A DNA stretch of 63,119 bases from Thermoanaerobaculia bacterium (GCA_044226625.1 JBGAGQ010000034.1:1-63119); one strand, 5' to 3'. Positions 18,985-28,254 are shown, counted from the stretch's first letter. Program-made: numbers and translations. The notes: generated from the letters alone by a model not told the origin.

Positions 18985-19086
18985 CGATCCTCCAGGGGGG
19001 CCGGGGCTCGATCCGATGCTACCAGCGATCTTGAGCGATTCTTGGGACACCGGAACGGCCGATCTCGTGTGGGTCGCCGGCCCGGA

Positions 19087-19112
19087 TCATCCGAAACCAG
19101 GAATCCGGCGTA
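19087..19112 (+). promoter_or_regulatory. candidate autoregulatory ECF promoter
   Basis: TCATCC-N16-CGTA, resembling the TGATCC...CGTA promoters of RpoE-ChrR systems, upstream of the ECF gene. Confidence 0.45.
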
Positions 19113-19185
19113 GAGGGTTGGGTGGCACCGGACGCCCCCGTCCAATCGGCGTTCGGATTCGGAGCTCGGAACAAGGAGGTCTCGG

Positions 19186-19848
19186 GTGTCGCAAGCGTTG
19201 CCGGTCGGTCAGTGGTTCGGTTGGGGGCCGGCGGCGGCCACGGTCGGGTCGATTCGCCCTGGCGTATATTCCGGAAACGATTCCTCGTCCCGGGAGACCG
19301 TCCGTTTGAGCCCGCGTACCGCCGATGCCGACGATCCGGCCTTGCTCGCCGCGATCGCTCGCGGCGACATCGAGGCGTTTCAGGTCTTTTATGACCGCTA
19401 CGCCTCGCGTGTCACCTCCTACGTGCGCCAGTTGAGCCGCGACCGCGAGGGCGTCGAGGACCTGGTTCAAGAGGTTTTCGTCTCGGTCTGGCGCAAAGCG
19501 GGCAGCTACAGCCCGGAGCGCGGCGACGCCGCCGGCTGGCTCTATACGATGACCCGCAACAAGCTGGTCGACCAGTGGCGGCGGGTGCGGGAAAAGGCGG
19601 TCGAGCTCGACGCGATGCAGTCGTGGGAGATGCCGGCGATTCCGGCGCCAGAGGAAGACCTGTTCCTTTCCGTTCGCCAGGCGTTGGTCCAGGTGGCCCC
19701 GGATCAGCGCGAGGCGATCGAGATGGCCTATTTCGGCGGCCTCACCTACGAGGAGACGGCGGTCCGTCTCGACCTTCCCGTGGGAACCTTGAAATCTAGA
19801 ATCCGCGCCGGGTTGCGCTCGTTGCGCTCGGTGCTCGACCCGGGGTGA
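19186..19848 (+). CDS. ECF RNA polymerase sigma factor
   Basis: EDLVQEVFVSVWRKA, WLYTMTRNKLVD, LPVGTLKSRIR; AGGAGG before the GTG start. Confidence 0.93.
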   Translation: MSQALPVGQWFGWGPAAATVGSIRPGVYSGNDSSSRETVRLSPRTADADDPALLAAIARGDIEAFQVFYDRYASRVTSYVRQLSRDREGVEDLVQEVFVSVWRKAGSYSPERGDAAGWLYTMTRNKLVDQWRRVREKAVELDAMQSWEMPAIPAPEEDLFLSVRQALVQVAPDQREAIEMAYFGGLTYEETAVRLDLPVGTLKSRIRAGLRSLRSVLDPG

Positions 19849-20519
19849 TCCAGCTCGTGCATCCATCGGAAGAGATCCTCCTGTCCTTCGTCTCCGGCGA
19901 AGCCGATCTGGCGCGTCGGGCGCTGATCGAAGGACACCTCGAAGGCTGCCCGGACTGCCGGGCGGCCGTTCGCTCGTTGTCGGCGCCGGGTTCTCGGCTG
20001 CTGTCCGGCCTTCCCTCCGAGGGCGTGGAGCCGACGGCATCCGCCGGGCTGTGGAACCGTTTGCGCGCCCGCGTGGCGGAGATCGGTCCCCCTCCGGCCC
20101 TGCCGGCTTCGCCTTTTGCCGATTGTCCAGTTCCTGCGGCGGCATTGCGCGAGATGACCGATCTGGGCCCCGCGCTGCGCGCCCCGAACTGGCGCTTCGC
20201 CGGGGTGATCGGCGGCGCGTTCGCCGTCCTTTCTCGCGATCCGCGAACGGGCGTCATGCTCCTGCTCGGTCGGGCGAAGCCGGCGCGGTTCTACCCCGAG
20301 CATCGGCACCTGGGGCTCGAGGAGATCCTCGTCCTTCGCGGCGGTTTCGAGGACCAGTACGGCGACTTCACCGCCGGCATGTATGCGTCGTACGGGCCGG
20401 GGACCGTACATCGCCCCTGGATCGACGAGGAGGAGCCGTGTTGGACGCTCAGCCGGCTCGAAAAGCCGGTCGAGTTCCTCGGATGGCGCGGGGTCGCCCA
20501 GCGAATGCTGGGCAAGTAG
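19845..20519 (+). CDS. chrR: ChrR-like anti-sigma factor (zinc anti-sigma domain + cupin)
   Basis: HPSEE...HLEGCPDC (HxxxCxxC); cupin PEHRHLGLEEILVLRGGFED...HRP; GTGA overlap with the sigma gene. Confidence 0.82.
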   Translation: MIQLVHPSEEILLSFVSGEADLARRALIEGHLEGCPDCRAAVRSLSAPGSRLLSGLPSEGVEPTASAGLWNRLRARVAEIGPPPALPASPFADCPVPAAALREMTDLGPALRAPNWRFAGVIGGAFAVLSRDPRTGVMLLLGRAKPARFYPEHRHLGLEEILVLRGGFEDQYGDFTAGMYASYGPGTVHRPWIDEEEPCWTLSRLEKPVEFLGWRGVAQRMLGK

Positions 20520-20564
20520 CTCGTCGGACGCTCGAACGTCAACGGCTCGAGCCGCGACCCGTAA

Positions 20565-20598
20565 AATCTTGACAAAACCTGGACAAGACATCTAGGCT
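20565..20598 (+). promoter_or_regulatory. sigma70 promoter of the crt operon overlapped by CarH/LitR-type 11-bp direct repeats
   Basis: TTGACA(20569)-N18-TAGGCT(20593); tandem AATCTTGACAA / AACCTGGACAA. Confidence 0.65.
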
Positions 20599-20687
20599 CC
20601 TCTCGATCTTCGGGTCCACCCCTCGATCTTGCCGGGGCGGATCGGAACGGCTCTCCCCGCATTCCGGGGAGGGGAGGAGCAAATCCC

Positions 20688-22229
20688 GTGTCGAAAGACG
20701 CCCTGATCGTCGGAGCGGGTCCGGGGGGCCTGGCATCGGCCATCCTGCTCGCCGCCTCGGGTCTGAGGGTGCGAGTTTTGGAGCGTCTGCCGTTCGTCGG
20801 CGGTAGGACGTCGACGTTTTCCGAACAGGGGTATCGGTTCGATCTGGGGCCGACCTTCTTCCTCTATCCCAAGGTTCTCTCCGACGTCCTCGCGGTTGCC
20901 GGCTACGACCTGGCGCGCGAGGTCGAGATGGTCAAGCTCGACCCGCAATACCGCTTGAAGTTCGGCGCCGGCGGCGAGATCCAAGCGACGCCCGACCTCG
21001 CGCGGATGGAGTCCGAGGTCGCGCGCTTGGCGCCGGAGGATGCCCGGAACCTCTGCCGGTTCTTCGAGGACAATCGGCGGAAGTTCACTTGTTTCCAGCC
21101 GATCCTGGAGAGCCCGTTCGATTCGGCGGCCGGGCTGTTCGCGCCGGGCCTGGCGAAGAGCCTCCCCTGGCTGCGACCCTGGAGCTCGTTGGACACCGAC
21201 CTCGGCCGCTATTTCTCCGACCCGAGAGTCCGTCTCGCCTTCTCGTTCCAGTCGAAATATCTCGGCATGTCGCCGTTCCGCTGCCCGAGCCTGTTCTCGA
21301 TCCTGTCGTTCCTCGAGTACGAGCACGGCGTGTTCCACCCCCTCGGCGGCTGCGGCGCGGTGTCCGCGGCGATGGCGCGGATCGCGGCGGAGCTCGGTGT
21401 GGAGATCCATCTCGACGAGCCGGTGCGGGAGGTCCTATTTTCCGGCCGCCGCGCGACCGGCGTGCGCACCGATCGGGGCACCTATCGGGCCGACGCCCTG
21501 GTGATCAACGCCGATTTCGCCCGGGCGATGGGCCGCCTGGTCCCCGACCGGCTGCGCCGGAGATGGCGCGATCGGAAGATTTCCGCCAAGCGCTTTTCAT
21601 GCTCGACGTTCATGCTCTACCTGGGGCTCGACGGTCGCTCCGAGCGACCCCACCACAACATCTACATCGCCGAGGATTACGAACGAAACTTGGACGAAAT
21701 TGAGAACCAGCATGTGCTGTCGGACGATCCCTCGATCTACGTCCAGAACGCTTCGGTGAGCGATCCGTCGCTCGCGCCCGCCGGAGCGAGCGGGTTGTAC
21801 GTGCTAGCGCCGGTCACCCACCTCCACCCGAACGTCGACTGGAAACGGGACGCCGAGGCGTTCCGCCGCCGGGTGCTCGCCCAGGTCGAACGACTCGGTT
21901 TCAACGATCTCGAGCGGCGGATCCGATGGGAGCGGATGATCACGCCGGAGGACTGGAGCGACCGGTACGAGGTCCACGACGGCGCGGTGTTCAACTTGGC
22001 TCACAATCTCGGGCAGATGCTCCACCTTCGCCCGCACAACCGGTTCGAGGATCTCGACGGCGTCTACCTCGTCGGCGGTGGGACGCACCCGGGAAGCGGG
22101 TTGCCGGTCATCTACCAGTCGGCGCTGATCTCGTCGCGCCTTCTGCTCGAAGACCTCGGCTATGCCCCGGACTTCGCCCCGCGCGCCGCTCGGTCTGAGG
22201 CGCGGCCCGAGCTCGCGAGGGCCGTTTGA
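20688..22229 (+). CDS. crtN: C30 carotenoid desaturase CrtN (CrtI family)
   Basis: GAGPGGL, FDLGPTF, FQSKYLGMSPFRCPSLF, GGGTHPGSGLP. Confidence 0.85.
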   Translation: MSKDALIVGAGPGGLASAILLAASGLRVRVLERLPFVGGRTSTFSEQGYRFDLGPTFFLYPKVLSDVLAVAGYDLAREVEMVKLDPQYRLKFGAGGEIQATPDLARMESEVARLAPEDARNLCRFFEDNRRKFTCFQPILESPFDSAAGLFAPGLAKSLPWLRPWSSLDTDLGRYFSDPRVRLAFSFQSKYLGMSPFRCPSLFSILSFLEYEHGVFHPLGGCGAVSAAMARIAAELGVEIHLDEPVREVLFSGRRATGVRTDRGTYRADALVINADFARAMGRLVPDRLRRRWRDRKISAKRFSCSTFMLYLGLDGRSERPHHNIYIAEDYERNLDEIENQHVLSDDPSIYVQNASVSDPSLAPAGASGLYVLAPVTHLHPNVDWKRDAEAFRRRVLAQVERLGFNDLERRIRWERMITPEDWSDRYEVHDGAVFNLAHNLGQMLHLRPHNRFEDLDGVYLVGGGTHPGSGLPVIYQSALISSRLLLEDLGYAPDFAPRAARSEARPELARAV

Positions 22230-23581
22230 CCGGATCGGTGGACGACGGCGCTCGCCCCGCCTCCGACGCGGACAACGGAGGGGACGCCCCGGCGCGGATG
22301 GCCGATCGACGGGCCGCACAAGCCCGCTGGGCGACGGTGCCGGTCGCCGAACGCCTCGTTCTCCTGCGGAGGTTCCGCCGGGCGCTCGCTGCGTCTTCCA
22401 CCGAGCTGATCGCGGCGGTGGAGCGCGCGATTCCCGGGCGCAACCCGACCGAGACGCTCACGGCGGAGATCCTGCCGCTCGCCGAGGCCTGCCGCTTCCT
22501 GGAGCGCGAAGCGGCGTTGCTGCTCGCGCCCCGCCGGCCGGGCGCGGAGGGCCGACCGTTCTGGCTCGGCCGGGTCGACCTGGAGATCCGCCGCGAGCCG
22601 CGCGGGGTCGTGCTCCTGCTCGGTCCCGCCAATTACCCCCTTTTGCTTCCGGGTGTCCAGGCGCTCCAGGCGCTCGCCGGAGGGAACGCCGTGCTCTGGA
22701 AGCCGGGCGTCGGCGGCCGACCGGCGGCCCTCGCACTGCAACGGCTCCTCGTCTCGGCGGGGCTCGATCCGGCGCTCCTCGAGGTTTTGGGCGAGGAGGT
22801 CGAGCCGGTGCAGGCGATGCTCCGCTCGGGCTTCGCGCCAGACTTCGTGGTCCTCACCGGCTCGACCGCGACCGGCGGAACGCTGCGGGCCGATCTCGCG
22901 GCGGCGCGGCTCCCGATTCCGGCGGTCCTCGAGCTCTCCGGATGCGACGCGGTCTTCGTGCTACCGGGGGCGAGCCCTTCCGATCTCGAGCGCGCGGCGC
23001 GGGCGATCCGCTTCGGTCTCGAATGGAACGGCTGCGCCACCTGCATCGCGCCGCGGCGGCTGTTCGTCCCTCGATCGCTCGCGGCCGACCTCGCCGCGCG
23101 TCTCGGGAGCTTCGGGCCAGAGGACGCGAGCCGAGCGATCGAGGTCCACGAGGTCGCGGACCTCGACGAGGCGCTCGCCCTGGACGCCGCCTGCCCGTTC
23201 GCGCTCGGTGCGTCGATCTTCGGGCCGGAGGAGGCGGCGCGCGAGCTCGCGGCGAAACTCCGCGCCGGGACCGTCGTGGTGAACGACATGATCGTTCCGA
23301 CCGCCGATCCGCGGCTGCCGTTCGGCGCGCGGGGAGCGAGCGGTTATGGCGTGACGCGCGGCGCCGAGGGGCTGCTCGAAATGACGGTGCCGAAGGCGAT
23401 CACCGTCCGCCGCGGCCGGTTCCTGCCCCACCTCGACGGCGCCCGGGCGGCAGACGCGCTTCTGTTTTCCTCGTTTCTCCGGCTGGTTCACGGTGGCGGC
23501 TGGGGGCGCGCCGGAGCGCTCGTTTCTCTGGTTCGGGCGACGCTCGAAGCGAGGAAGCCGGTTCGAAAGGAGTTGCGATGA
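22226..23581 (+). CDS. diapocarotenoid aldehyde dehydrogenase (AldH/CrtNc-like), internally shortened
   Basis: EPRGVV..GPANYP, WKP, TGS, ELSGCD, ATCIAPRR, LPFG.RG.SGYG; position in the operon. Confidence 0.82.
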   Translation: MTGSVDDGARPASDADNGGDAPARMADRRAAQARWATVPVAERLVLLRRFRRALAASSTELIAAVERAIPGRNPTETLTAEILPLAEACRFLEREAALLLAPRRPGAEGRPFWLGRVDLEIRREPRGVVLLLGPANYPLLLPGVQALQALAGGNAVLWKPGVGGRPAALALQRLLVSAGLDPALLEVLGEEVEPVQAMLRSGFAPDFVVLTGSTATGGTLRADLAAARLPIPAVLELSGCDAVFVLPGASPSDLERAARAIRFGLEWNGCATCIAPRRLFVPRSLAADLAARLGSFGPEDASRAIEVHEVADLDEALALDAACPFALGASIFGPEEAARELAAKLRAGTVVVNDMIVPTADPRLPFGARGASGYGVTRGAEGLLEMTVPKAITVRRGRFLPHLDGARAADALLFSSFLRLVHGGGWGRAGALVSLVRATLEARKPVRKELR

Positions 23582-25140
23582 GCGGTAAGGCGACGGGCTT
23601 GGCCCGGGACTCTGGAGGATCGGAAACGATCGGCGTGGTCGGCGCGGGGCTCGCCGGTCTCACCGCGGCGGTGACGCTCGCCGGGCGCGGCCATCGGGTC
23701 GTCGTCTTCGAGCGCAGCCGGTGGTTCGGCGGCAAGGCGGCCGAGCTGTCGAACGCGGGTTACCGGTTCGACATGGGGCCGACCATCCTCACCCTCCCCT
23801 CGGTGTTCGGCCGCGTGTTCGCGGAGGCCGGGCGCGACATGGCGCGCGAGCTCGATCTGGTGCCGCTCGATCCGCAATGGCGCTGCTTCTACTCGGACGG
23901 AGCGGTCCTCGACCTGGAGGCCGACGTCGAGCGGATGGCGGCCCGCCTGGAGACCTTTTCGCGCGGAGCGGGGGAGGGGTATCGCCGGTTCCTCTCGATC
24001 TCGCAGCGGCTGCACGGCATTTCGGACCGCTTCTTCTTCTGGCGCTCGGTGGGCTCGGTGCGCGACACGCTCGACGTCTCCGCGACCTTCAAAGCCTCGG
24101 TGCTCGGCGACCTGCTCGCCTTGCGCTTCGGCCGGACGGTCGCGGGCACCGTTCGGAAGTCGGTGCCCGAGCCGCGCGTGGCGCAGATGCTCGACCACTT
24201 CACCCAGTACGTCGGCTCCTCCCCGGAAGCTTCGCCGGCCGTGCTTTGCGGCATCGCCCACATGCAGACGGAGGAGGGGATCTGGTACCCGATGGGCGGA
24301 ACCCGGGCGGTCCCCGTGGCGCTCGCGCGGGTCGCCCGTGAGCTGGGGGTCGAGATCCATCTCGAAACGGGGATCCGGAAGATCGTCACCGAGACCCGGG
24401 GAGGGAAAGCCCGGGTGGTGGGCGTCGAGACCGACCGGGGCGAGCGCATTCCGCTCTCGGCCGTCGTATCGAACTCCGACGCCGTCCGCACCCATCGCGA
24501 GCTGTTGGGTGGAGAGCCCGCGCGGCGGTTCGAGCGACGGCGCAAGTATGAGCCGGCCTGTTCGGGCGTGGTGCTCTACCTGGGGCTCGACCGCGGTTAC
24601 GACCATCTCCTGCACCACAATTTCGTCTTCTCCCGCGACCCGCACGAGGAGTTCGACGCGATCTATCGACAGGGCGTTCCGGCGCCCGACCCCACCTGCT
24701 ACGTCTGCGCTCCGGCGCGCACCGAGCCGGCCGTCGCTCCGGAGGGAGGCGAGGCCCTCTACGTCTTGGTCCACACGCCCTATTTGCGGCCGGGGCAGGA
24801 TTGGCGCAAGATCTTCCCGGGCTATCGGCGGACGATCCTCGAGAAGCTCGCGCAGACCGCGGGGCTCGAAGATCTCGAGCGGCGCCTCGTCTTCGAGGCG
24901 GCGCTCACGCCCGAGGACATCGACCGTCGCTACCACGTGCTGAACGGCGCGATCTACGGCCTGGCGAGCCACGGCCGCTTCGTCGGGGCGTTCAAGCCCG
25001 CGAACCGGAGCCGAGAGGTGGCGGGCCTGTACCTCGCGGGCGGCGCCGCCCATCCCGGTCCGGGAATGCCGATGGTCGGAATGTCCGGCTGGATCGCGGC
25101 CGACGCCCTCGATGCCGACCGTCGGGCCGGAGCGGCCTGA
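23578..25140 (+). CDS. crtP: diapolycopene/diaponeurosporene oxidase CrtP (CrtNb)
   Basis: GAGLAGL, FDMGPTIL, HFTQYVGSSP, GGAAHPGPGMP; AAGGAG RBS; ATGA overlap. Confidence 0.82.
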   Translation: MSGKATGLARDSGGSETIGVVGAGLAGLTAAVTLAGRGHRVVVFERSRWFGGKAAELSNAGYRFDMGPTILTLPSVFGRVFAEAGRDMARELDLVPLDPQWRCFYSDGAVLDLEADVERMAARLETFSRGAGEGYRRFLSISQRLHGISDRFFFWRSVGSVRDTLDVSATFKASVLGDLLALRFGRTVAGTVRKSVPEPRVAQMLDHFTQYVGSSPEASPAVLCGIAHMQTEEGIWYPMGGTRAVPVALARVARELGVEIHLETGIRKIVTETRGGKARVVGVETDRGERIPLSAVVSNSDAVRTHRELLGGEPARRFERRRKYEPACSGVVLYLGLDRGYDHLLHHNFVFSRDPHEEFDAIYRQGVPAPDPTCYVCAPARTEPAVAPEGGEALYVLVHTPYLRPGQDWRKIFPGYRRTILEKLAQTAGLEDLERRLVFEAALTPEDIDRRYHVLNGAIYGLASHGRFVGAFKPANRSREVAGLYLAGGAAHPGPGMPMVGMSGWIAADALDADRRAGAA

Positions 25141-25182
25141 TCCGGAGATCCGCGCCGGAGCAACGCAAGGGAGGGGAGATCC

Positions 25183-26016
25183 GTGACCGAAGACGCCGCG
25201 CCCCCCGGGCGATCCCCCAAGGCGAAGAAGCCGCCTCGAACGCCCGAGGTGTCGCCGGCTCTCCTCGGCTGGTTCCGCCGCTACGCCGAGCGCTATCTGG
25301 CCCGACATTTCCACGCGATCCGCCTCGCCCGTGCCGGTTTCGACCCGGCCGAGCTTCCCCTCCATCGCCCTCTCGTCGTCTACCTCAACCATCCGGCGTG
25401 GTGGGATCCTCTTCTCGGCCTCGCGCTCGCATTCGAGCGCTTCCCGGGCCGCCGCCATTTCGCGCCGATCGACGCCACGGCGCTCGCCCGCTACCGGTTG
25501 CTCGGCCGCCTCGGTTTCTTCCCCGTAGAGCTCGGAACGCGGCGCGGCGCGGCCGGATTCCTCGAGACCGCGCGGGCGATCCTCGACGATGCCGACGCGG
25601 CGATCTGGATGACGCCGGGGGGGCGTTTCGCCGATCCGCGCGAGCGTCCGGTCGAGCTGCAATCCGGCCTCGGCCACTTGGCGGCCAAAGTGCCTTCCGC
25701 GATCTTCCTGCCGCTCGCCGTCGAGTACCCCTTCTGGGAGGAGCGGACGCCGGAGGCGCTCGCGCGCTTCGGCAAACCGCTGGACGCCTCGGAGGCGCGC
25801 CTAGGCCCGGGAGATTGGACGGTGCTGCTCGCCGAGCGGCTCACCGCGACCCAGGACGCGCTCGCGGCCGATTCGATCTCCCGCGATCCTGCGCGATTCG
25901 AAACGGTGGCCCGCGGCCGGGCCGGGGTGGGCGGTGCCTATGACGCCTGGCGGCGGCTGACGGCGCGGTTGCGGGGAGAGACGTTCGATCCCCGGCACGG
26001 CCGGAAAGACGGATGA
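25183..26016 (+). CDS. PlsC-like acyltransferase (probable carotenoid glycoside acyltransferase)
   Basis: NHPAWWD (HxxxxD); position in the operon. Confidence 0.8.
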   Translation: MTEDAAPPGRSPKAKKPPRTPEVSPALLGWFRRYAERYLARHFHAIRLARAGFDPAELPLHRPLVVYLNHPAWWDPLLGLALAFERFPGRRHFAPIDATALARYRLLGRLGFFPVELGTRRGAAGFLETARAILDDADAAIWMTPGGRFADPRERPVELQSGLGHLAAKVPSAIFLPLAVEYPFWEERTPEALARFGKPLDASEARLGPGDWTVLLAERLTATQDALAADSISRDPARFETVARGRAGVGGAYDAWRRLTARLRGETFDPRHGRKDG

Positions 26017-27149
26017 CGTTTCTCGCGGTCGCGACCGTCGCGGCGGCGTTCTTCGCGGCCGTTCCCTCGCTGTCTTTCTTTGGGAATCTGCGCCGGTTTC
26101 GCGTGCCCGAGGCCCCGAGCTGCGAGGCGCCGGTTCCCGAGGTCTCGCTGCTAATTCCGGCGCGCGATGAAGAGCGCTCGATCGGCGCGGCGCTCGATGC
26201 GGCGCTCGCGAGCGAAGGGGTCGAGCTCGAGGTGGTGGTGCTCGACGACGGGTCGAGCGATCGGACGGCGGAGATCGTCCGCTCCTACGCCGCGCGCGAC
26301 CCGCGCGTGCGGTTGGAATCGGCGCCGCCGCTTCCCGCCGGGCTCCGCGGCAAGCCGCACGCCTGCGCGGTCCTCGCCGAGCGCGCCCGCCACGAGATCC
26401 TGGCGTTTCAAGATGCCGACGTTCGCCTGTCGCGAGATGGCCTCGCGCGCGCCGCGGCGTTCCTCCGATCGAGCGGCGCGGGGCTGGTCTCGGGCTTCCC
26501 GAGGCAGGTGACCGGAACGTTCCTCGAGGTGCTGCTCATTCCGTTGATGCACTGGGTGCTGCTCGGTTTCCTGCCGATCGATCGGATGCGACGAAGTCGC
26601 CACCCCGCCTACGGAGCCGCTTGCGGCCAGCTCCTGCTGGCCGAGCGCTCGGCGTACCAAGCCGCGGGAGGGCATCGGGCGATCGCCCGCTTCGTCCACG
26701 ACGCGCTCAAGCTCGCCCGCGCTTTCCGCGCCGCGGGGCATTCGACCGACCTGTTCGATGCGACCCCGATCGCCTCGTGCCGGATGTACGAGGACGCCCG
26801 CGGCGTCTGGGAAGGCCTCGCCAAGAACGCCACCGAGGGGATGGGATCGCCGGCCGCGATCGTCCCCTGGACGCTCGTCCTCGGCCTCGGGCAGGTCGCC
26901 CCGCCGATCCTCTTGGGCGTCGGGCTAGCGACCGGCGCGCCGGCCTGGATCCCGATCGTCTCGGCGCTCGCGCTCCTCGCCGGATGGAGCGCGCGCTTCG
27001 CCGCCGCCGCACGCTTCCGCCAGCCGACTCTCGGCGCGCTCCTGCATCCGCTCGGAATCGCCCTGTTTCTCGCGATCCAGTGGCACGCTCTCGCCCGTCA
27101 CGTCGCGGGCAAGCCGGCGGTCTGGAAAGGGCGGGCGCTCGAGGATTGA
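26013..27149 (+). CDS. crtQ: GT2 glycosyltransferase, CrtQ-like
   Basis: LIPARDEE, DDGSSD, GKPHAC, DADV, CRMY, WKGR; position in the operon. Confidence 0.78.
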   Translation: MTFLAVATVAAAFFAAVPSLSFFGNLRRFRVPEAPSCEAPVPEVSLLIPARDEERSIGAALDAALASEGVELEVVVLDDGSSDRTAEIVRSYAARDPRVRLESAPPLPAGLRGKPHACAVLAERARHEILAFQDADVRLSRDGLARAAAFLRSSGAGLVSGFPRQVTGTFLEVLLIPLMHWVLLGFLPIDRMRRSRHPAYGAACGQLLLAERSAYQAAGGHRAIARFVHDALKLARAFRAAGHSTDLFDATPIASCRMYEDARGVWEGLAKNATEGMGSPAAIVPWTLVLGLGQVAPPILLGVGLATGAPAWIPIVSALALLAGWSARFAAAARFRQPTLGALLHPLGIALFLAIQWHALARHVAGKPAVWKGRALED

Positions 27150-27180
27150 ACGACCTCCGCGAAAGATTTCGCTTCTTGTA

Positions 27181-27305
27181 GGCCGCTGAAAAACTCCGTC
27201 GTCGCAGGAGATTCCCTGCGGGCGCCCCTCGTAACTCGCTGCGCTCAGACAGACTCGGGGGCGTCCTCGGGAACTCTGCGACGTGGAGAGAGTTTTTCAG
27301 CAGCC
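27181..27305. mobile_element. 125-bp MITE-like non-autonomous element
   Basis: 16-bp terminal inverted repeats GGCCGCTGAAAAACTC / GAGTTTTTCAGCAGCC (15/16 match); internal imperfect palindrome; no ORF. Confidence 0.6.
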
Positions 27306-27315
27306 ATCTAGAGCC

Positions 27316-28149
27316 CTACAGCCAGCGAATCGCCGCTCCCTGAATCGCCCGGGTCTTCGGGTCCTGGGCGAATGCGGCGACGCCGAGCTTGCGGCCCGGG
27401 GCGGACTCGCCGATCGGTAGCTCGATCGCGCCGGTTCCCCGGCCGCCTGCGGCGGCGGCGAGCGCGAAGGCTTTCTCCAGGCGCCGGACGACGGCGTCGT
27501 TCTTGAGCGTCCGGCCGCCGTTCTCACCTCGGCCGACTTTCGTCACCAGACCGTTTTCGACCAACGCGACGAGGACGTCGGCGTCGCGCGGGAGCGCCGC
27601 CGCATGCGAGGCGGTGACCTGGGCGCGCAATCCCCCCGTGGTCTTCTCGACCGCGAGATCGAGGTCGACTGGCGGTTTCTTCGCGAGCGCCTCGGCGATC
27701 GCCGCGCGAACCTTGCGCTCTTCCGAGCCGACCATCTCGTCGGTGCCGTTCACCACCACTTGCGGCGTATAGATCCGGTTCGTGTTGTAGGCCTGCGCGT
27801 ACTGCTTCTGCCGGGCGGACCAGTTGGAAGACGAGAACGGGTCGGTCCAGCCGATGTAGTCCCAGTAGTCGACGTGATAGGCGAGCGGCACGACCTTCCC
27901 CGCGAGCGTCGGCTCGGCCGCGATGGCCGAAAGGAGCCGATCGGCGGGGGGACAGCTCGAGCAACCCTGCGAGGTGAACAGCTCGACGACCGCGACGCTC
28001 CCCTCGGCGGCCGGCGCGGCGCCAGCTGTCTTCGGATCGCTCGACGGCGAAGTGGGGTTGCGGAGCATCAGGAACGCTGCAAGCGCGAGACCGCCGAGCG
28101 CGAGCGCCGGGATCAGGCGCGGAGTCTTAAGGGTCGGGGTTTCAAACAT
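27316..28149 (-). CDS. DUF1223 thioredoxin-like protein
   Basis: VVELFTSQGCSSCPPAD, HVDYWDYIGWTDPF, YTPQ, RGENGGRTL. Confidence 0.93.
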   Translation of the reverse strand: MFETPTLKTPRLIPALALGGLALAAFLMLRNPTSPSSDPKTAGAAPAAEGSVAVVELFTSQGCSSCPPADRLLSAIAAEPTLAGKVVPLAYHVDYWDYIGWTDPFSSSNWSARQKQYAQAYNTNRIYTPQVVVNGTDEMVGSEERKVRAAIAEALAKKPPVDLDLAVEKTTGGLRAQVTASHAAALPRDADVLVALVENGLVTKVGRGENGGRTLKNDAVVRRLEKAFALAAAAGGRGTGAIELPIGESAPGRKLGVAAFAQDPKTRAIQGAAIRWL

Positions 28150-28254
28150 CGGGAGTCCTCCTGTCGGTGATCCGCGCGGGGCGATGGGGACGGATTCATG
28201 CGGAGGGTTCTATTCAGTAAAGCCTCGTCCCGTCGGAGACCCTAACACGCCGAC

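Noticed and set aside
22162-23577. 992-aa fusion ORF ending in CrtP
   Set aside because: The N-terminal part is Arg/Gly-rich off-frame sequence overlapping the aldehyde dehydrogenase. The real start is ATG 23578 with an AAGGAG RBS.
28168-28198. ECF promoter upstream of the DUF1223 gene (GAATCC-N17-CGGA)
   Set aside because: Spacer and -10 differ from the element upstream of the sigma gene; too weak to call.
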